The notes beneath the pieces were generated by a model. That model saw nothing but the letters and a program-made list of their open reading frames with translations. It searched no databases and had not been told where the DNA came from. This document shows, piece by piece, positions 24,840 through 37,986 of a DNA stretch of 64,000 nt. How positions within the stretch are numbered: position 1 is the stretch's first letter; each line of letters opens with the position of its first letter. The translations under genes and the position numbers were made by a program. Source of the DNA: Mustelus asterias (Eukaryota); the NCBI RefSeq assembly GCF_964213995.1, contig NC_135806.1, positions 85,684,001-85,748,000 of the forward strand, written 5' to 3'.

Positions 24840-25454
24840 AAAGGCTGTGAAGGGGTGAGAGAAGAGTTAGTCAGTAGCATTCATGATGGACTCAACATTA
24901 GCCTGATCTTCCAGTGCCTACAATGGTGAATGTTGAAATGTTCACCGCTGTTGTGCATCAGGATCCTACAGAAATCATGACCCATGCACAAGCATGATAA
25001 TTTTCCAGAAAATTTAAACTTTTAATGGGTAGAATTACTGGGTCTCCTCAAACATCATCTCTGAAACTGACCTTAGTGCTGGTGACGTTTGCTTAATGCT
25101 GTATATGGTTACAATCTCTAGAGACCGATAATGGCAGTATGGTGGCACAGTGGTTAGCATTGCTGCCTCAGTGCCAGGGACCCGGATTCGATTTCCGGCT
25201 TGAGCCATTGTCTGTGTGGAGTCTGCATATTCTCTTTCTGTCTGCCTGGATTTCCTCTGGGTGCTGGTTAGGTGCATTGGCCCTACTAAATTCTCCCTCC
25301 GTGTACCCAAACAGGCATCAGAGTGTGGTGACTAGGGGATTTTCACAGTAATTTCATTGCAGTGTTAATGTAAGCCTACTCATGGCACTAATAAATAAAC
25401 TTGAATGTTGAATTCAAATCTTTAGTTATCAATAGTAATTTGGTGAACAAAGAG

Positions 25455-25885
25455 AAATGTTGAAGCTTTTTATCTTGCACTCATCAGGACAGTTCACAAA
25501 AAAAGACAAAGGGAACATGAGAAGAGCATGCAGATTGGTTGGCAGGTGGACTCTGATGGAGGCATTGCCATGGAGAATACACCAGGGAATAGTTAACTGC
25601 CTAGCTTTTGTACAAATTCAAACCAGGCAAGTCCACTCTGACTGGTCAAGTCATTGTATAGGGGAATGAACCAGGGAGTGGCTGTCCCCCGAAGCTTTTG
25701 TTTAGCTCAAAAAGGCAGAATGCATGAGTGTGCCCCTTCTGTCTGCAGAGCTGTGTGCGACTGTTTATAGATTCTAGCTCATGTAATTGAGCCACACTGC
25801 AAGATCAATTGATAATCTTAAATTGGTCGTAGTGTCATTCTTAGTACAATCAGGATTGTTACGAAGTGTTGTGCAATCGAGAAAT
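25455..25885 (-). mobile_element. Penelope-like element 3' fragment (third family)
   Basis: Degenerate SIAQH..NNPDC.KN...QFKII....SVAQLHELE....LCRQK GIY-YIG-region C-terminus; terminal GTC-CTGATGA-GT-GCAAG-AT-AAAA-AGCT-TC motif near 25460-25490. Confidence 0.6.
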
Positions 25886-25899
25886 TGCATGCAGTGGTA

Positions 25900-27290
25900 A
25901 TAGGTCATAAAATGAAGAAGTAGGCCATTCAGTCTACCAAGTCTGCTCTGTTATTCAATGAGATCATAACTGATCTGATATGATAATCCTCAACCCCATT
26001 TTCCCATCTTATCCCTTAAATCCTATAGTGATTAAAATATGTCTACCTCAGCTTTGAAAATACTTAATGACCCAGCCTCTACAGCCTTCTGCAGTAAAGA
26101 ATTCCACAGATTCACTACCCTCTGAATGAAGAAATTCCTCCTCATCTCTGCCTTAAATAGGTGACCCTTTACTCAGATTATGCCCTCTGGTCCTAAACTC
26201 TGACTCTCTCAACACCTACGCTGTCAAGTACCCAGAAAATCCTATAAGTCTCAATAAAGTCACCTCTTATTCTCTTAAACTCCAAATGAGTACACACCCA
26301 ACCTACTCAACCTCTCCTCATTAAAAAAAAAATCCCTCCATACACGGGATCAACTTAGTAAACCTTCTCTTGATTGCCTCCAATGCCAGCACATCTTTCC
26401 TTCAATAAGGGGACCAAAACTGTTCAGTATTCCAGGTCTGGTTTAACTAATGCCTTGCGCAGTTTTAGCAAGATTTCCATTTTTATAATCCATTACCTTT
26501 TGAAATAAAGGCAAATATTCAACTTCCCTATTACCTGCTGACTTTACATGCTAGCTTTTTGTGACTTATGCATGAGGACCCCCAATCCCTTTGTGCTGCA
26601 GCTTTCTGCAGTCTTTCTCCAATTAAATATTCAGTTCCTTTATTCTTGCTACTAAATTGCATAACTTAATTTTTCTTAATTATATTCCATCTTCCAAGTT
26701 TTTGTTCATTCACTTAACTTGTCTATATCCCTCTGTAGATTCTTTGTGTCATCCTCATCTCTTGCCTTCCACACCAATTTTTGTGTCATCCTCAAACTTG
26801 GCAATTGTACATTCACTTCCCTTGATCAAGTCATTAACGTATATTGTAAATAATTGTGGCCCCAACACTGATCCCTGTGGCACTCCACTAGTTCCAGGTT
26901 GCCATCTTGAAAATACCCCCCTTTTCCCAACTCTGTCTCCTATTAGTTAGCCAATCTATCCATGCTAATATATTATCCCTAACACCATGGGCCCTTATCC
27001 TATTATGTGAGGTACCTTATCGAATGCTTTTTGGAAATCCAAGTATATTATATCTACTGGTTCCCTTTATCTATTCTGCTCCATTACCACCTCCAAAGAA
27101 TTCTAATAATTTCCCAGGCACGATTTCCCCTTAACAAAGCTATGCTGACTCTGCTTGATATTATGTATTTCTATATGCTCTGCTATTAATCCTTTATAAT
27201 GAATTCTAACATTTTCCCCAATGACAGATGTTAAACTAACTGGCCTATTACCTGCTTTTTGTCTCCCTCCCTTTTTGAATGTGTTACATT
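25900..27290 (-). mobile_element. CR1 LINE, degenerate
   Basis: Reverse complement of the RT motifs [13 protein letters not shown] and LDFQKAFDKV; CR1-type tail near 25905. Confidence 0.85.
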
Positions 27291-29469
27291 CTCTAAGAGG
27301 ATGCTGCCTGTGATCATAAATACAAAAGGCAGATTCAATTATAGTGACATCTTCTATTTGTCTATTGGATCGTCTGTATTTACAATATCAAAAAAAGAGA
27401 ATGTGGAGTGAGGATTTTCTTTTATTGTTTCTTGTCAATGTTGTAAATGTTTCAATGTATTCCTTTATGAATTTGATTATTTTACAATATTAAACTTCTG
27501 CATTATTTCCTACATTATAACAGTGACTCATTTCAAAAGCACTTCATTTGCTCATGGTGGTTGAGAAAAGTGCTATATAAATGCAAGTCTTTTTTTAAAA
27601 ACTGTATCACTTTTTGAAATTGAAGTTCCTGTGATGTTTCCCTTATCAGTCACCACATAAAGCATAACTGGGAGATTGCATTCAAATTGAAGAGATCAAG
27701 TTCATGGGAGGACTTAAACAAAACTTAAAGATTTGTCTAGCTTGTCTTGATGGAATATTTTCCAATTTGTCCCTTACCATGAAAGTCGGTTCTGAGATTA
27801 GGAATTGCCTAGCTGGAAAAGATAGTAAGCCATCGGGAGCTGAGAATAGCTTTGGACTGGTTCTGGAAAATGAAGCATCCAATTAAGAGACAGTAAAGTG
27901 CAACTATGGAGGTGGATTTTTGTCATTTTAAAAGCTGAATGGGGAATCTATTCTGTAGTTTAGAGTATAAATTATCTGCTGAATAGTGTGTGGTCAATGT
28001 TACTTTTAGTTTGTTACACTAAACATCTTAACTTGAAATCTTGGAATCTTAAAACTGGGAATATGCAGTTCTATAAGGAAACAAGTATCTGGGTGGCTTA
28101 TGAAAATTCAGACCAACAGAATGGCATATGGCATTGTACAAGATCAATTTTCTATCTTTTCTGCACTAGGAACAAATAAAGAGCAGTAGTTCAATTTAAG
28201 AACACCCTTCCCAAGAATCTTGTGTGTGTGATCAGACAAAAGAATTGTAAGCAATGAAAACAAAGCATTAGGGTTCATTTCTCGAGGAATAGAATTGAAG
28301 AGCTGAGAAGTTAAGTTAATCTTGTATAGAGTCTTAGTGAGACCATACTTGGAGTACGCTGTTCTTCCAAAATAGATATATAAAGGCACCGGAGAAGCTG
28401 CAACATTTATTTACAGAGGTGATTCTGGAACTGAGATGTTATGGCTATCAAGAAAGCCGAGACAGGCTGGGGCTTTTATTTTCCTAATTGGGATCTTAAA
28501 AATTTTGAGACAATTTGATAGGATAATAGAGAAAATGTTCTGGATTGTGGGAAATCCAAAACTAGGGGCCATAAATATAAGGTAATCACTAATAAATTCA
28601 ACAAGGAATTCAGGAGTAACTTCTTTAACTTAACAATTTTTACATTCTAAACATAACTGCAACTACTCCGTGTGAAAATAAACAGCAGGAAACTAGATAA
28701 GTGCAAGGAGAAATATATAGATAGTTATGATGATGGAGCTAGATCAAGTAGGGTAGGAGGAGGCTCATGTGAATCATGAACCATAGGTGAATCATAGATG
28801 AATTGAGCCAAATGGCCTATTCTATGCTGTAAAATCTGTGTAATTATCTCCCCAGGATAATTCTGGTTGTTTTTATCCACCAATTTGTTCTATTGTTTTA
28901 CACTCAAAACATGCTCTCGAATTGTTTCCTTTTGTATGTATATTTCATAAGCATATATACAATGCATGTTTCATAAGTATAACATTGAATGCTATTTCAG
29001 GAACAATGTTTCATCATCTTTCTCCACTTGTCTCACTTTGCAAACATTCATATCACGGGAAGCCTATTATCATCATATTTATCTTTGAAAGTATCTGAAA
29101 TTTTCTGTCAAAACCAGAGACCAAAATAAGAAAGAAATATAAGAGTCTTCCAGGTACAAAAAAATGGATGTATTTCTTTACCCTTGAGAGGTGCTAACTT
29201 TAGGCCTCGCCTAAACGTGAGGGTGTACCTCTGTTAATTGCACAATTCAACAAATTTGGTACACAAAAATATGAGCCAATAGAGCTTTTCTTTAATAACA
29301 CTTCAAAGAATGGTCCTGCATGGATGAAAACTGCTCTGCCCATCAGACCTTTGCTGTTTTTTTTCTAAACTAATTACCCATAAAACAATTACATTCAAAG
29401 CTAACTGCCTATTACACCCTATCATTTATGGTTCATAAGTATTGCCAATTTGCTCATCAATGCTATTTC

Positions 29470-29790
29470 ATGCCTATGATGGTAACTTGAGTTAGAACGT
29501 TGTAGGTTCAAGCCCTACTATTCAGCATTTAAGCATATGAAAATTAAGGAAAATTCTGTCAAGAAACCTTGCATCATTGAAAGTTCTGCCCTTTAGACAA
29601 GATATTTAATTGAAGCCCAACTGTCTGTTCAGGTGGAATATAAAGATCCCATAAAAAGCTGGGGGTTTAATTACAGTCAGTATTCATTGCTTGATCCGAC
29701 ACCACCAAAAACAGAAACTGATCACACGTTTCACTGCTGCTCACTGTACCTTCCCTTGTGCAAAAGGGATGCCACTTAACAAGTGACTGC
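29470..29790 (+). mobile_element. Degenerate DeuSINE-like (SacSINE1-type) element; related pieces at about 33080-33305, 59846-60052 and 27500-27592
   Basis: TCAGGTGGA..TAAAGATCCCA core; the related pieces share TTCCTACATTACAACAGTGAC and a TATAAATGCAAGT-type tail; family name from recall. Confidence 0.5.
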
Positions 29791-30146
29791 AAGAATGCAG
29801 GTTTAAGGTAATGTCTCCAAATTTAAAAGTTTGAGCTTTGCAAGGTCAAAAGACTCTTCAAAATAATCTGAAAATGCTGCATGTTACCTTTTCACAAACA
29901 TGCAACAGAAAACAAGGATGTCAAGGCCACGGTATGTCTGACCATGAGGCCCACTATGCTTTGAGGCTGTTATCTCTCAGTTAACCATGTCAAATTAAGA
30001 AATCTTTGCTCAAATGCAAAATTACTATGTAGACTTGAGTGAAACACTATGTTTTGATAAGGAATGAGAACAGTTAGATTGGATAACCAATATCATGCTG
30101 ATATGAACAAAGAAACTCTTGAAAGCTCTTTTGATTGCCAAAGATA

Positions 30147-31300
30147 TCATAGAATCCCTACAGTGCAGAAAGAGGCTATTCGACCCATCGAAACTTCACT
30201 GACTCTCCAAAGGAGCATCCCACCAGGATTTACACCAGTTTACACCAGGATTTAGCCCCATCCCTATAATCCCACGCATTTTACCATGGCTAATCCACCT
30301 AACCTACACATCTTTGATCAATAAGGAGCAATTTAGCTTGGCCAATTCACCAGTGCTTACTACTGTGCCATTGTACCACTCATTCATATCATATTTCAAA
30401 GGAGTAATAGATTTGGTCATGGCAGGCAGTGCAGAATAAAATAAGGGAAGAGGGAGTAAATCTGATTAAAGCTTCAAGAAAGTGGATGTCAGGGTGGACT
30501 TTAATTTAATGATTTAAACAAATAACCTGAAATCATTTGATATTTCATAAGAACCTTTATAGGTTTGAGGTTTTTTCAACAAAACTCTGGTACCCCCTGC
30601 AGGCAGCACAGTGGTTAGCACTACTGCCTCACAGCACCAGGGACCCAGGTTTGATTCCCAGCTTGGGTCACTGTTTGTGTGAAGTTTGCCCATTCTCCAT
30701 GTCTGTGTGGGTTTCCTCTGGGTGCTCTGTTTTCCTCCCAGTCTAAAGATGTGCGGGTTAGGTGGATTGGTTATGCTAAATTTCTCCTTCGTTTCAGGGG
30801 GACTAGCTAGGGTAAATGCATGGGGTTATGTGGGGGGGGGGGGGGGGGGGGATTGTGGTCAGCGCAGACTCGATGGGCTGAATGGCTGCCTCCTATACTG
30901 TAGGACTGTGTGATTCTATTAAAAAAGGACTATAAAAGTTGTTTCAAGTAATTGCAGTACAATACAATACCGGGGCGGCACGGTAGCACAGTGGTTAGCA
31001 CTGCTGCTTCACAGCTCCAGGGTCCCGGGTTCGATTCCCGGCTCGGGTCACTGTCTGTGTGGAGTTTGCACATTCTCGTGTCTGCGTGGGTTTCCTCCGG
31101 GTGCTCCGGTTTCCTCCCACAATCCAAAGATGTGCGGGTTAGGTTGATTGGCCAGGTTAAAAATTGCCCCTTAGAGTCCTGAGATGCGTACATTAGCGGG
31201 TAAAATATGTGGGGGTAGGGCCTGGGTGGGATTGTGGTCGGTGCAGACTCGATGGGCCGAATGGCCTCCTTCTGCACTGTAGGGTTTCTATGATTTCTAT
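30147..31300. mobile_element. Three HE1-like V-SINEs: 30147-30375 (-, deleted), 30602-30918 (+), 30972-31300 (+)
   Basis: The 30972 copy retains its CpGs and intact A/B boxes (GGTTCGATTCC). Confidence 0.88.
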
Positions 31301-33764
31301 AATAGTAATTTGGCAAATCACCTAGAACTGAAGTTCAACTACCAAGTTGTCTGACTTGGGTGGATCTTTAAGTAAAATATTTTGAGAGACTCCTTTAAAA
31401 TTATTTGAGACTCAGTGCAGCAACTGGTGTAAATGTCATGGTTTTGAATCTGCTTCATCAAATTTGCCCTTCTAAGCAGAGATCAAGTCTGAATGATTTA
31501 TCAATACCTCAAAAATCTTGGGTCCAGTGAAACCCCAGGAGTGAGGTCTTCCAACTTCTATTAATTCATCGCATACAAGGTGCTTTGAGACAATTCTAGA
31601 AAATGTGATATGTAAATATCAGTCTTTATTCATCCTGATTTATGCTTTCACTGCTGCTTTGCTAAGCAATGTCAAAAGAAGTCCACTAATATCCATAGTC
31701 CTACAATTCAAAGTAAAGTTGGATGGATGTCCCAAATGAATACATTTTGTTTTCTCAATTATTTTGAATCCCTTAAATCAATAATTACTAAATGTTATCA
31801 TTTGTGGATGCAAAGTTACAATTTAATTTTAAATTTAAGAATCTGGCAGAATTCATGTTATGAAAATGGATTATAGAACAGTACAGGATTCTTGGAATAA
31901 AGGCCTTCAATAATGAGGATAGAGGGCTGAGAGGAAATTTGATAGCGATATTCAAAATTACAAGGGTTCTGGACAGGATAGGAAAGAATTGTTCTCCTCT
32001 TTCCATGACAATGTGATGGGTAAGGTCAGCTGTGACAAAGCAACATTGGAACCCCTTGAGATCTGCAGTCAGGTCAAAAATGATTTTTATGACACTAACA
32101 CTTACTGGCATATTCTTGTTTTTGTTGCTGTCATATGCATCGTAGACAGGAGCTATCTACTTACATACCAGAACTGATGGATAACTGTTCAGCTGTGCTT
32201 GCCTAAGATCCAAGACAAAGGTGCGCCAAGTCCTCATTCGAGTATCCCTATATGGAGGGACATCCTCAGTGGCAAATGGACTGATTCTCACCCCTGTAAG
32301 AGTTTTGATTTAACCATCAGTATAAAGATGACAAATGTGGTCTAGGTTGTTGCCAGACTGCTATCTATCAGCATTGACAATGTGATACTGGAAGTTATTG
32401 ATTTCAGTCACTTGATGCTGAAATCAGAATGCGCATCGCAAAAGCTGCAATTTTTGTGTTTAAGTTGAGTAAAAGTGCAGGACAACAGCAACCTGACAGA
32501 CACCAAACTGAGTCTAGTTTTATTTTTTAATAAATGAACATGGTTCAACCATGTTCATCAGGTGAATGACAGTTGTATACCCATAGACCTTTTGAACAGT
32601 GAAGTCACCACAATTTTTAATTCTCAAAGAACTCTGGCACTGCAAAGCTTTTCACTGCCCTGCATGACCAGTCAGAACACACTGATTGGATAATCAGGTA
32701 TTCCAGGGGGTGCTCAGTTTGAATGTGCAATGTACACAAAAAATAAATCACTTGCTTGACCAACCTGTAACAGCTTGGAGGGGAAAAAAAAATCACTGAA
32801 GGGGAAGGTGACTTTGAACATGAAATAATCAGGGGTAGTGGCGCTGGTGGTAACTTTTGGTGATCATTGGTTTGAAATGGTAATTGATTCATCCCATTGC
32901 CACAGCATTTTTTGATTGATATCACAATGGTGACTACTTTTTAAATCTGTAACCATAAAGATGTAGAATAGATGTTTCATATGTTGGCTCTTGTGGAAGG
33001 AAGTTTCAGAGGGAGTGAGATTTTGACTACACTATTTATGCTTTTATCTTGGGTAACAGTGGAAGCAAACAAACTCATGGCACTAGTTGGAAGATGATCA
33101 AATGAGTTGTCCTAATGTCCATATCCAAAATTTAGTCCTCAACTAACATCACTAAAAAGGATGATCCCATTGCTGTTTGTAATAACATTGCTGCTGTGTT
33201 TGTCTACATCATCAGTAACTACTCTTCAAGGGTATTTAATTGGCTATAACACACTTTTTGATGTCCTGAGGTCATCAAAATGTTCTATATTACATGTTCT
33301 CTCTCTTTGTTGCTGTACAAACTGCTAAACATAAATTTTGTTTTAATGAGTGGAACATATACATTGTTATTATCTTTCTTGAATTAATACAAAGACATAA
33401 AAGTTTCATAAATTAGCTTCGAAACAAGACAAACTAAAATTCTGACTAAAACCAAAATAAGATTGATCTTTTGAAACATTCTTGAAATTGATACAGACGA
33501 ATAAACTCTCGGTTGCTATTCAAACACCAATTTAGCATTTCTCAACATTTTTTCTGTTTGCAATTTTGAAAAAATCCTGAAAGAACAAGACTAAAAATAT
33601 GAAACACAAATGCATTCTGTGAAAGACGTAAACTATATGAACAAAAGATTAGGATAAAAGTGTTGTATTTCTTATGGAGACCAGCTAAAAGAAAAAGTTT
33701 GACGGTACTCATTTGTGACGAATTTCCCTTTATTTGTGGGAATCTGTCTTATTCCCTAACTATA

Positions 33765-35010
33765 CAAGAATACAATAAGTGGACCTTATGGCTCATTGAG
33801 CCTGCTCTACCATTCAACACGATAATGGACTTCAACTCCACATTTCCACCGCACCCATATTTCTTGATTCTGAGGAACCAAACATTTGTCTATTGTAGTC
33901 TTAAATATAGTCAATGATGGAGTATCCATAACTTTCTGATTGGAGAATTCCTAATATTCACAATCTTTGAGTGAAGAAATTTCCCATCTCAGTCCTAAAT
34001 GATCAATCTCTTACCCAGTGCCCCCTTGTCCTTTATTCCCCAACAAAGGAAGACTGTCTCAGTATTTACCATGTCAATCCTCTTCAGAATCTTGCATGTT
34101 TCATTCTTCTAAATTTCAGAAAATTTAGATCCAATTTACTCAGCCTATCATAGAGGAATCCTTTCTTCCCAGGAAACGATAAGAGTGAATCTTTGCTATA
34201 TTGCCTCCAATAAAAGTATATCCTTCCATTAATATGGAGACCAAAACTGCAGAGTATTCCAAATGATCTGACCAAAGACCTGTAAATTGTAGCAAGACTT
34301 CCTTATTCTTGTGCTCCAATCACCTTGCAATGAAGGCCATCATGCTATTTGCCTTTTTAATTGCTTGCTGTAGCTGCATATTAACTTGAGTTCCTGTATG
34401 ATTATACCCAAGTCTCCCTGATCATTACTATTTAAAGTTTCACGTTTTAAAAAATATTCTGCTTTTCTCGGTAAAATGAATAACCTCACTTTCCTACATT
34501 ATACTCTGTTACCCAAACTGTTACCCTTTCACTTAACTTGTCTGTATCTCTTTACAACCCCTGCCCTGGTTGTAAACCTGCAAACCCACGTAGATTTGCA
34601 ACATCAGCAAATATAGATATGATACTGTCTCTTTATTAAACCCATCAATACCGACTATAAATAGCCGAGACCCCAGCACTGGTTCTTTTAACACTCCACT
34701 AGTCACAGCTTGCCAACTTAAAAATGCCCCATTTATCTCTCCTTTCTGTTAGCTAATCCTCTATCTATGTTAATATATCACCCCTAACACCATGAGCCTT
34801 GTATATTAACTTTTTATGTGGCATCATATCAAATGCCTTTTGGAAATCCAGGTTTACAACATCTACTAATTCCCCTTACCTACCCAAATAGTTATATCCT
34901 TATAAAACTCCAAAAAAATTGTCAAACATAATTTATTTTTTGTAAACTGTCAACTTTGTGAGATCATATTATTTTATAAGTGCACTATTAAGGCACCCTT
35001 ATAATAGATT
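33765..35010 (-). mobile_element. CR1 LINE, degenerate
   Basis: Same RT and 3' UTR motifs as the other CR1 copies. Confidence 0.8.
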
Positions 35011-35384
35011 AAATCTTCCACAGAACCATCTTCTGTTTGAAAGTTTCTCAGTTTGTAAGCTCTTATAAATTTATCTGAAAGTTCTGTTTTTATCTTGGAG
35101 TGTTTTATTAGTATAGTTACTTTCAAATTAACATCTTAAACCTAAGAATTACAGTAAAACATCCCTTTTGAAGTACGCTAAAAACAGATACCACCAAGTT
35201 TAATCCATTCCACCAAAATCAATTTAAAGATGCAAATAGGTAAAAACAAAAACGGTGTGAGGAAATAAAGTAATTTGATTCTATGAAATGTACATTCTTA
35301 ATGCAAAGACTTCAGGTGTGTACTATTTCAACTAGCTACAAAAAGTAAAGTACAAGATATTAAATTGTATATTCTACAAAATAG

Positions 35385-35390
35385 TTTATT
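35385..35390 (-). terminator. Candidate WDR36 polyadenylation signal AATAAA (alternative at 35104-35109)
   Basis: TTTATT on the + strand about 390 nt past the stop, in AT-rich non-repetitive 3' UTR-like sequence. Confidence 0.5.
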
Positions 35391-35780
35391 TGTATCATAC
35401 AGATGGTACAATTGCAAAATAAAACCATTTCTATTTACAGTGATGTAAACCGAGGTAAATCGGAGAGCCAGCATGAATAAAGAACATGATCCACAACAAT
35501 GTTTTTCTAACAGGTTCTGAGCCATTTTCTCTTTTACATTCAACCTATTACAGGCGTACTCAAATGTACCATCAGTATGACATTCCTTTTAAGAAATTAA
35601 ACTCAACAGAAAACTTGAAAATAAAGGAATTAACCCTAAAATGTAATTTCCATCCATGACAAAGCATACACTCAGTCTATAATGTAACATAAAAAGTAGC
35701 ACAATGACTTATTGGGTGAATTAAGTTATCCAGTCTATTTAGAGTGTACACTGAATCACTGGACAATACTAGATTTCAGC

Positions 35781-35930
35781 TTACAATAAAGCACTCTTCA
35801 TGTATCCCAGCAGGCACATGCTTTGGTTGAAAAGTAACTGCATACGTGTCCATGTTTCTTCTAGCAACACTGATATTTTAGACATTTCTTCTAAGAGCAC
35901 TGGTTCAACAGCAATAATCTTGAGATGGAG
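35781..35930 (-). CDS. WDR36: WDR36 terminal coding exon, LHLKIIAVEPVLLEEM...LFNQSMCLLGYMKSALL*
   Basis: CAG acceptor, 49 codons plus TAA; C-terminus matches recalled human LFNQSMCILNYLKSALL; preceded by a 16.5-kb repeat-filled intron. Confidence 0.96.
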   Translation of the reverse strand, partial: LHLKIIAVEPVLLEEMSKISVLLEETWTRMQLLFNQSMCLLGYMKSALL

Positions 35931-36709
35931 CTGCAGGGTGTAGGGAGAATGGCAGAGGAGAAAAGAAAACATGTTAACAGATTTGTAAAACGGGAAAGAC
36001 TTTTTGACCCAGCACAATGTATGACACTTAGAAATACCTAAGTTCTTACTGTTTGAATTCAAAGGAATGACAATTATTAAGAATGGAATGTATTTTTCTT
36101 TAGTAACCACATAATTATTAAGCATATAAGTAGCTACAACATAAAAATGGAAGATCAGCTTTATTGCAAAATACAATTGTAACAATGAAGCAAACTAAAA
36201 TGCAGTATGAGGAAAGCAGCTAATGAGACAGCTCCCTACTTCCCTTCCCAAAAAGTCCTTTTTTTAAATTTGAAAAATACCAACATTGCCACTTATTTTA
36301 ATACTAAACTAATAGGATGAGATGGTTTCCTTCACTAGTTTTAAATGCGGTAGATGAGATAACTGTAAACGTCCTAGTTCTAATTCAACAAAATTTGCTG
36401 ATTCAGGGACTGTTCCTTCAGCTCGGATGGTTGCACTTCAATCCATTAGGAAAAAATAATGAGGGAATTGTAGATTAGTTAGCCCAATATCCATTTTCAG
36501 AAATTAGCAGAGTCTATAATTAAGGATGATTGAACACCTTGAAATCTTTCCACAGATCAGAGACAGTCAGCCTGGACTTCTGGTACATTATATCTGACGA
36601 TCCTGATTTAAATGTTTTGAAGAGGTTACTATAGAGGAGGATTTTATTTATTTGTATTTCTAGAAAGCATTTAAATCCAGAATAAGAGATTGGAAGTTCA
36701 CAGAATCAC

Positions 36710-37013
36710 TCAGCTAATGTCCTGGGGACGCAGGTTTGAATCCTGCTACGGCAGATGGTGGAATTTGAATTTAATTTTTAAAAAATCTGGAATTAAGAAT
36801 CTATTGATGGCCATGAAACCATTGTCGATTGTCAGAAAAACCCATCTGGTTCACTAATGTCCTTTAGGGAAGGAAATCTGCTGTCCTTACCTGGTCTGGC
36901 CTGCATGTGTTCCAGAGCCACAGCAATGTGGTTGCCTAGTTGCATCCCTGGGCAACTAGGGATGGGCAATAAATGCTCGTCAACCTGCGACTTCATATCC
37001 CATGAATGAATTA
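36710..37013 (+). mobile_element. tRNA-derived SINE with the tail GGGATGGGCAATAAATG
   Basis: B-box-like GGTTTGAATCC; tail resembles that of the LINE fragment at 38710-39145. Confidence 0.6.
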
Positions 37014-37687
37014 ACAGAATTGTTACATAACAGGCCACACGACCTGTTGTGTCTGTGCCAGCTCTTCGAAGGAATGATTTACATAGTGCCACTTGCCGCC
37101 TTCTCCCTGTAGCCTTGCAAGTTCTTTCTTTTAAGATAATAATCCAATTCCTTCTCGAATGCCTTGATTGAACCTGTCTCCAACACACACTTTGGCAATG
37201 TATTCCAGATACCAATCATTCACTACTTCAAAAAGATTGACCTCATGTCACCATTGCTTCTTTCGCCAATTACCTTAAATCTGTCTCCTCTTGTTCACAA
37301 TTCTTCCACCAATAGAACAGTTTTTCCCCATCTGTCCAGATTCCTCATAATTTTCAATGCCTCTATCAAATATCCTCTCAACCTTTTGTTCTCAACCTCA
37401 ACAGTTTCAACCTCTCCAATTTATCTACGTAATTGAGGTTCCTCATCCCTGGAACCATTCTTGTGAATCTTTTCTGCACTCTCTCTAATGCCTTCACATC
37501 CTTCTAGTGCCTAGAACTGGGCACAGTACTACAGCTGAGGCCGAACCAGTGCTGTACAAGTTTAATACAACTTCCTTGCTTTTATGCACTTATGCACTTG
37601 GTAATAAAGTCTAGGATGCTGTATGCGTTATTAATCATTCTCTCTCAACCTGTCCCGTCACCTTCAATGATTTATACATATTATAAC

Positions 37688-37986
37688 AGAATCCCAACAG
37701 TACAAAAGGAGGCCATTCAGCATATCAAGTTTGCACCGTTCCTTTGAAAGAGCACTCTAACTAGGCCCGCTCCCCCACACCATAACCCCACACATTGATC
37801 ATGGCTAACCCACTTAACCTGCACATTTTTGGACTGTGGGAGGAAACCAGAGCACCCAGAGGAAACCCATGCAGATGCAAAGAGAACGTGCAGACTTCAC
37901 ACAAACAGCCACCCATGGCCGGAATTAAACCCAGGTCCCTGGTGTTGTGAGGTAGCAGTACTAACTACTGTGCCACCGTGCCGCAC
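37688..37986 (-). mobile_element. HE1-like V-SINE
   Basis: Family sequence; inserted in a CR1. Confidence 0.85.

Noticed and set aside
30832-30851. Poly-G runs (also about 8759-8771 and 51788-51802) as functional G-quadruplexes
   Set aside because: Homopolymer expansions within repeats, prone to slippage and sequencing error; no supporting evidence
30930-31316. Recurrent small ORFs (DCGRKPEHPEETHAD; VWSLHIL...VSSGCSGFLPQSKDV) as a peptide family
   Set aside because: These are translations of V-SINE copies on either strand
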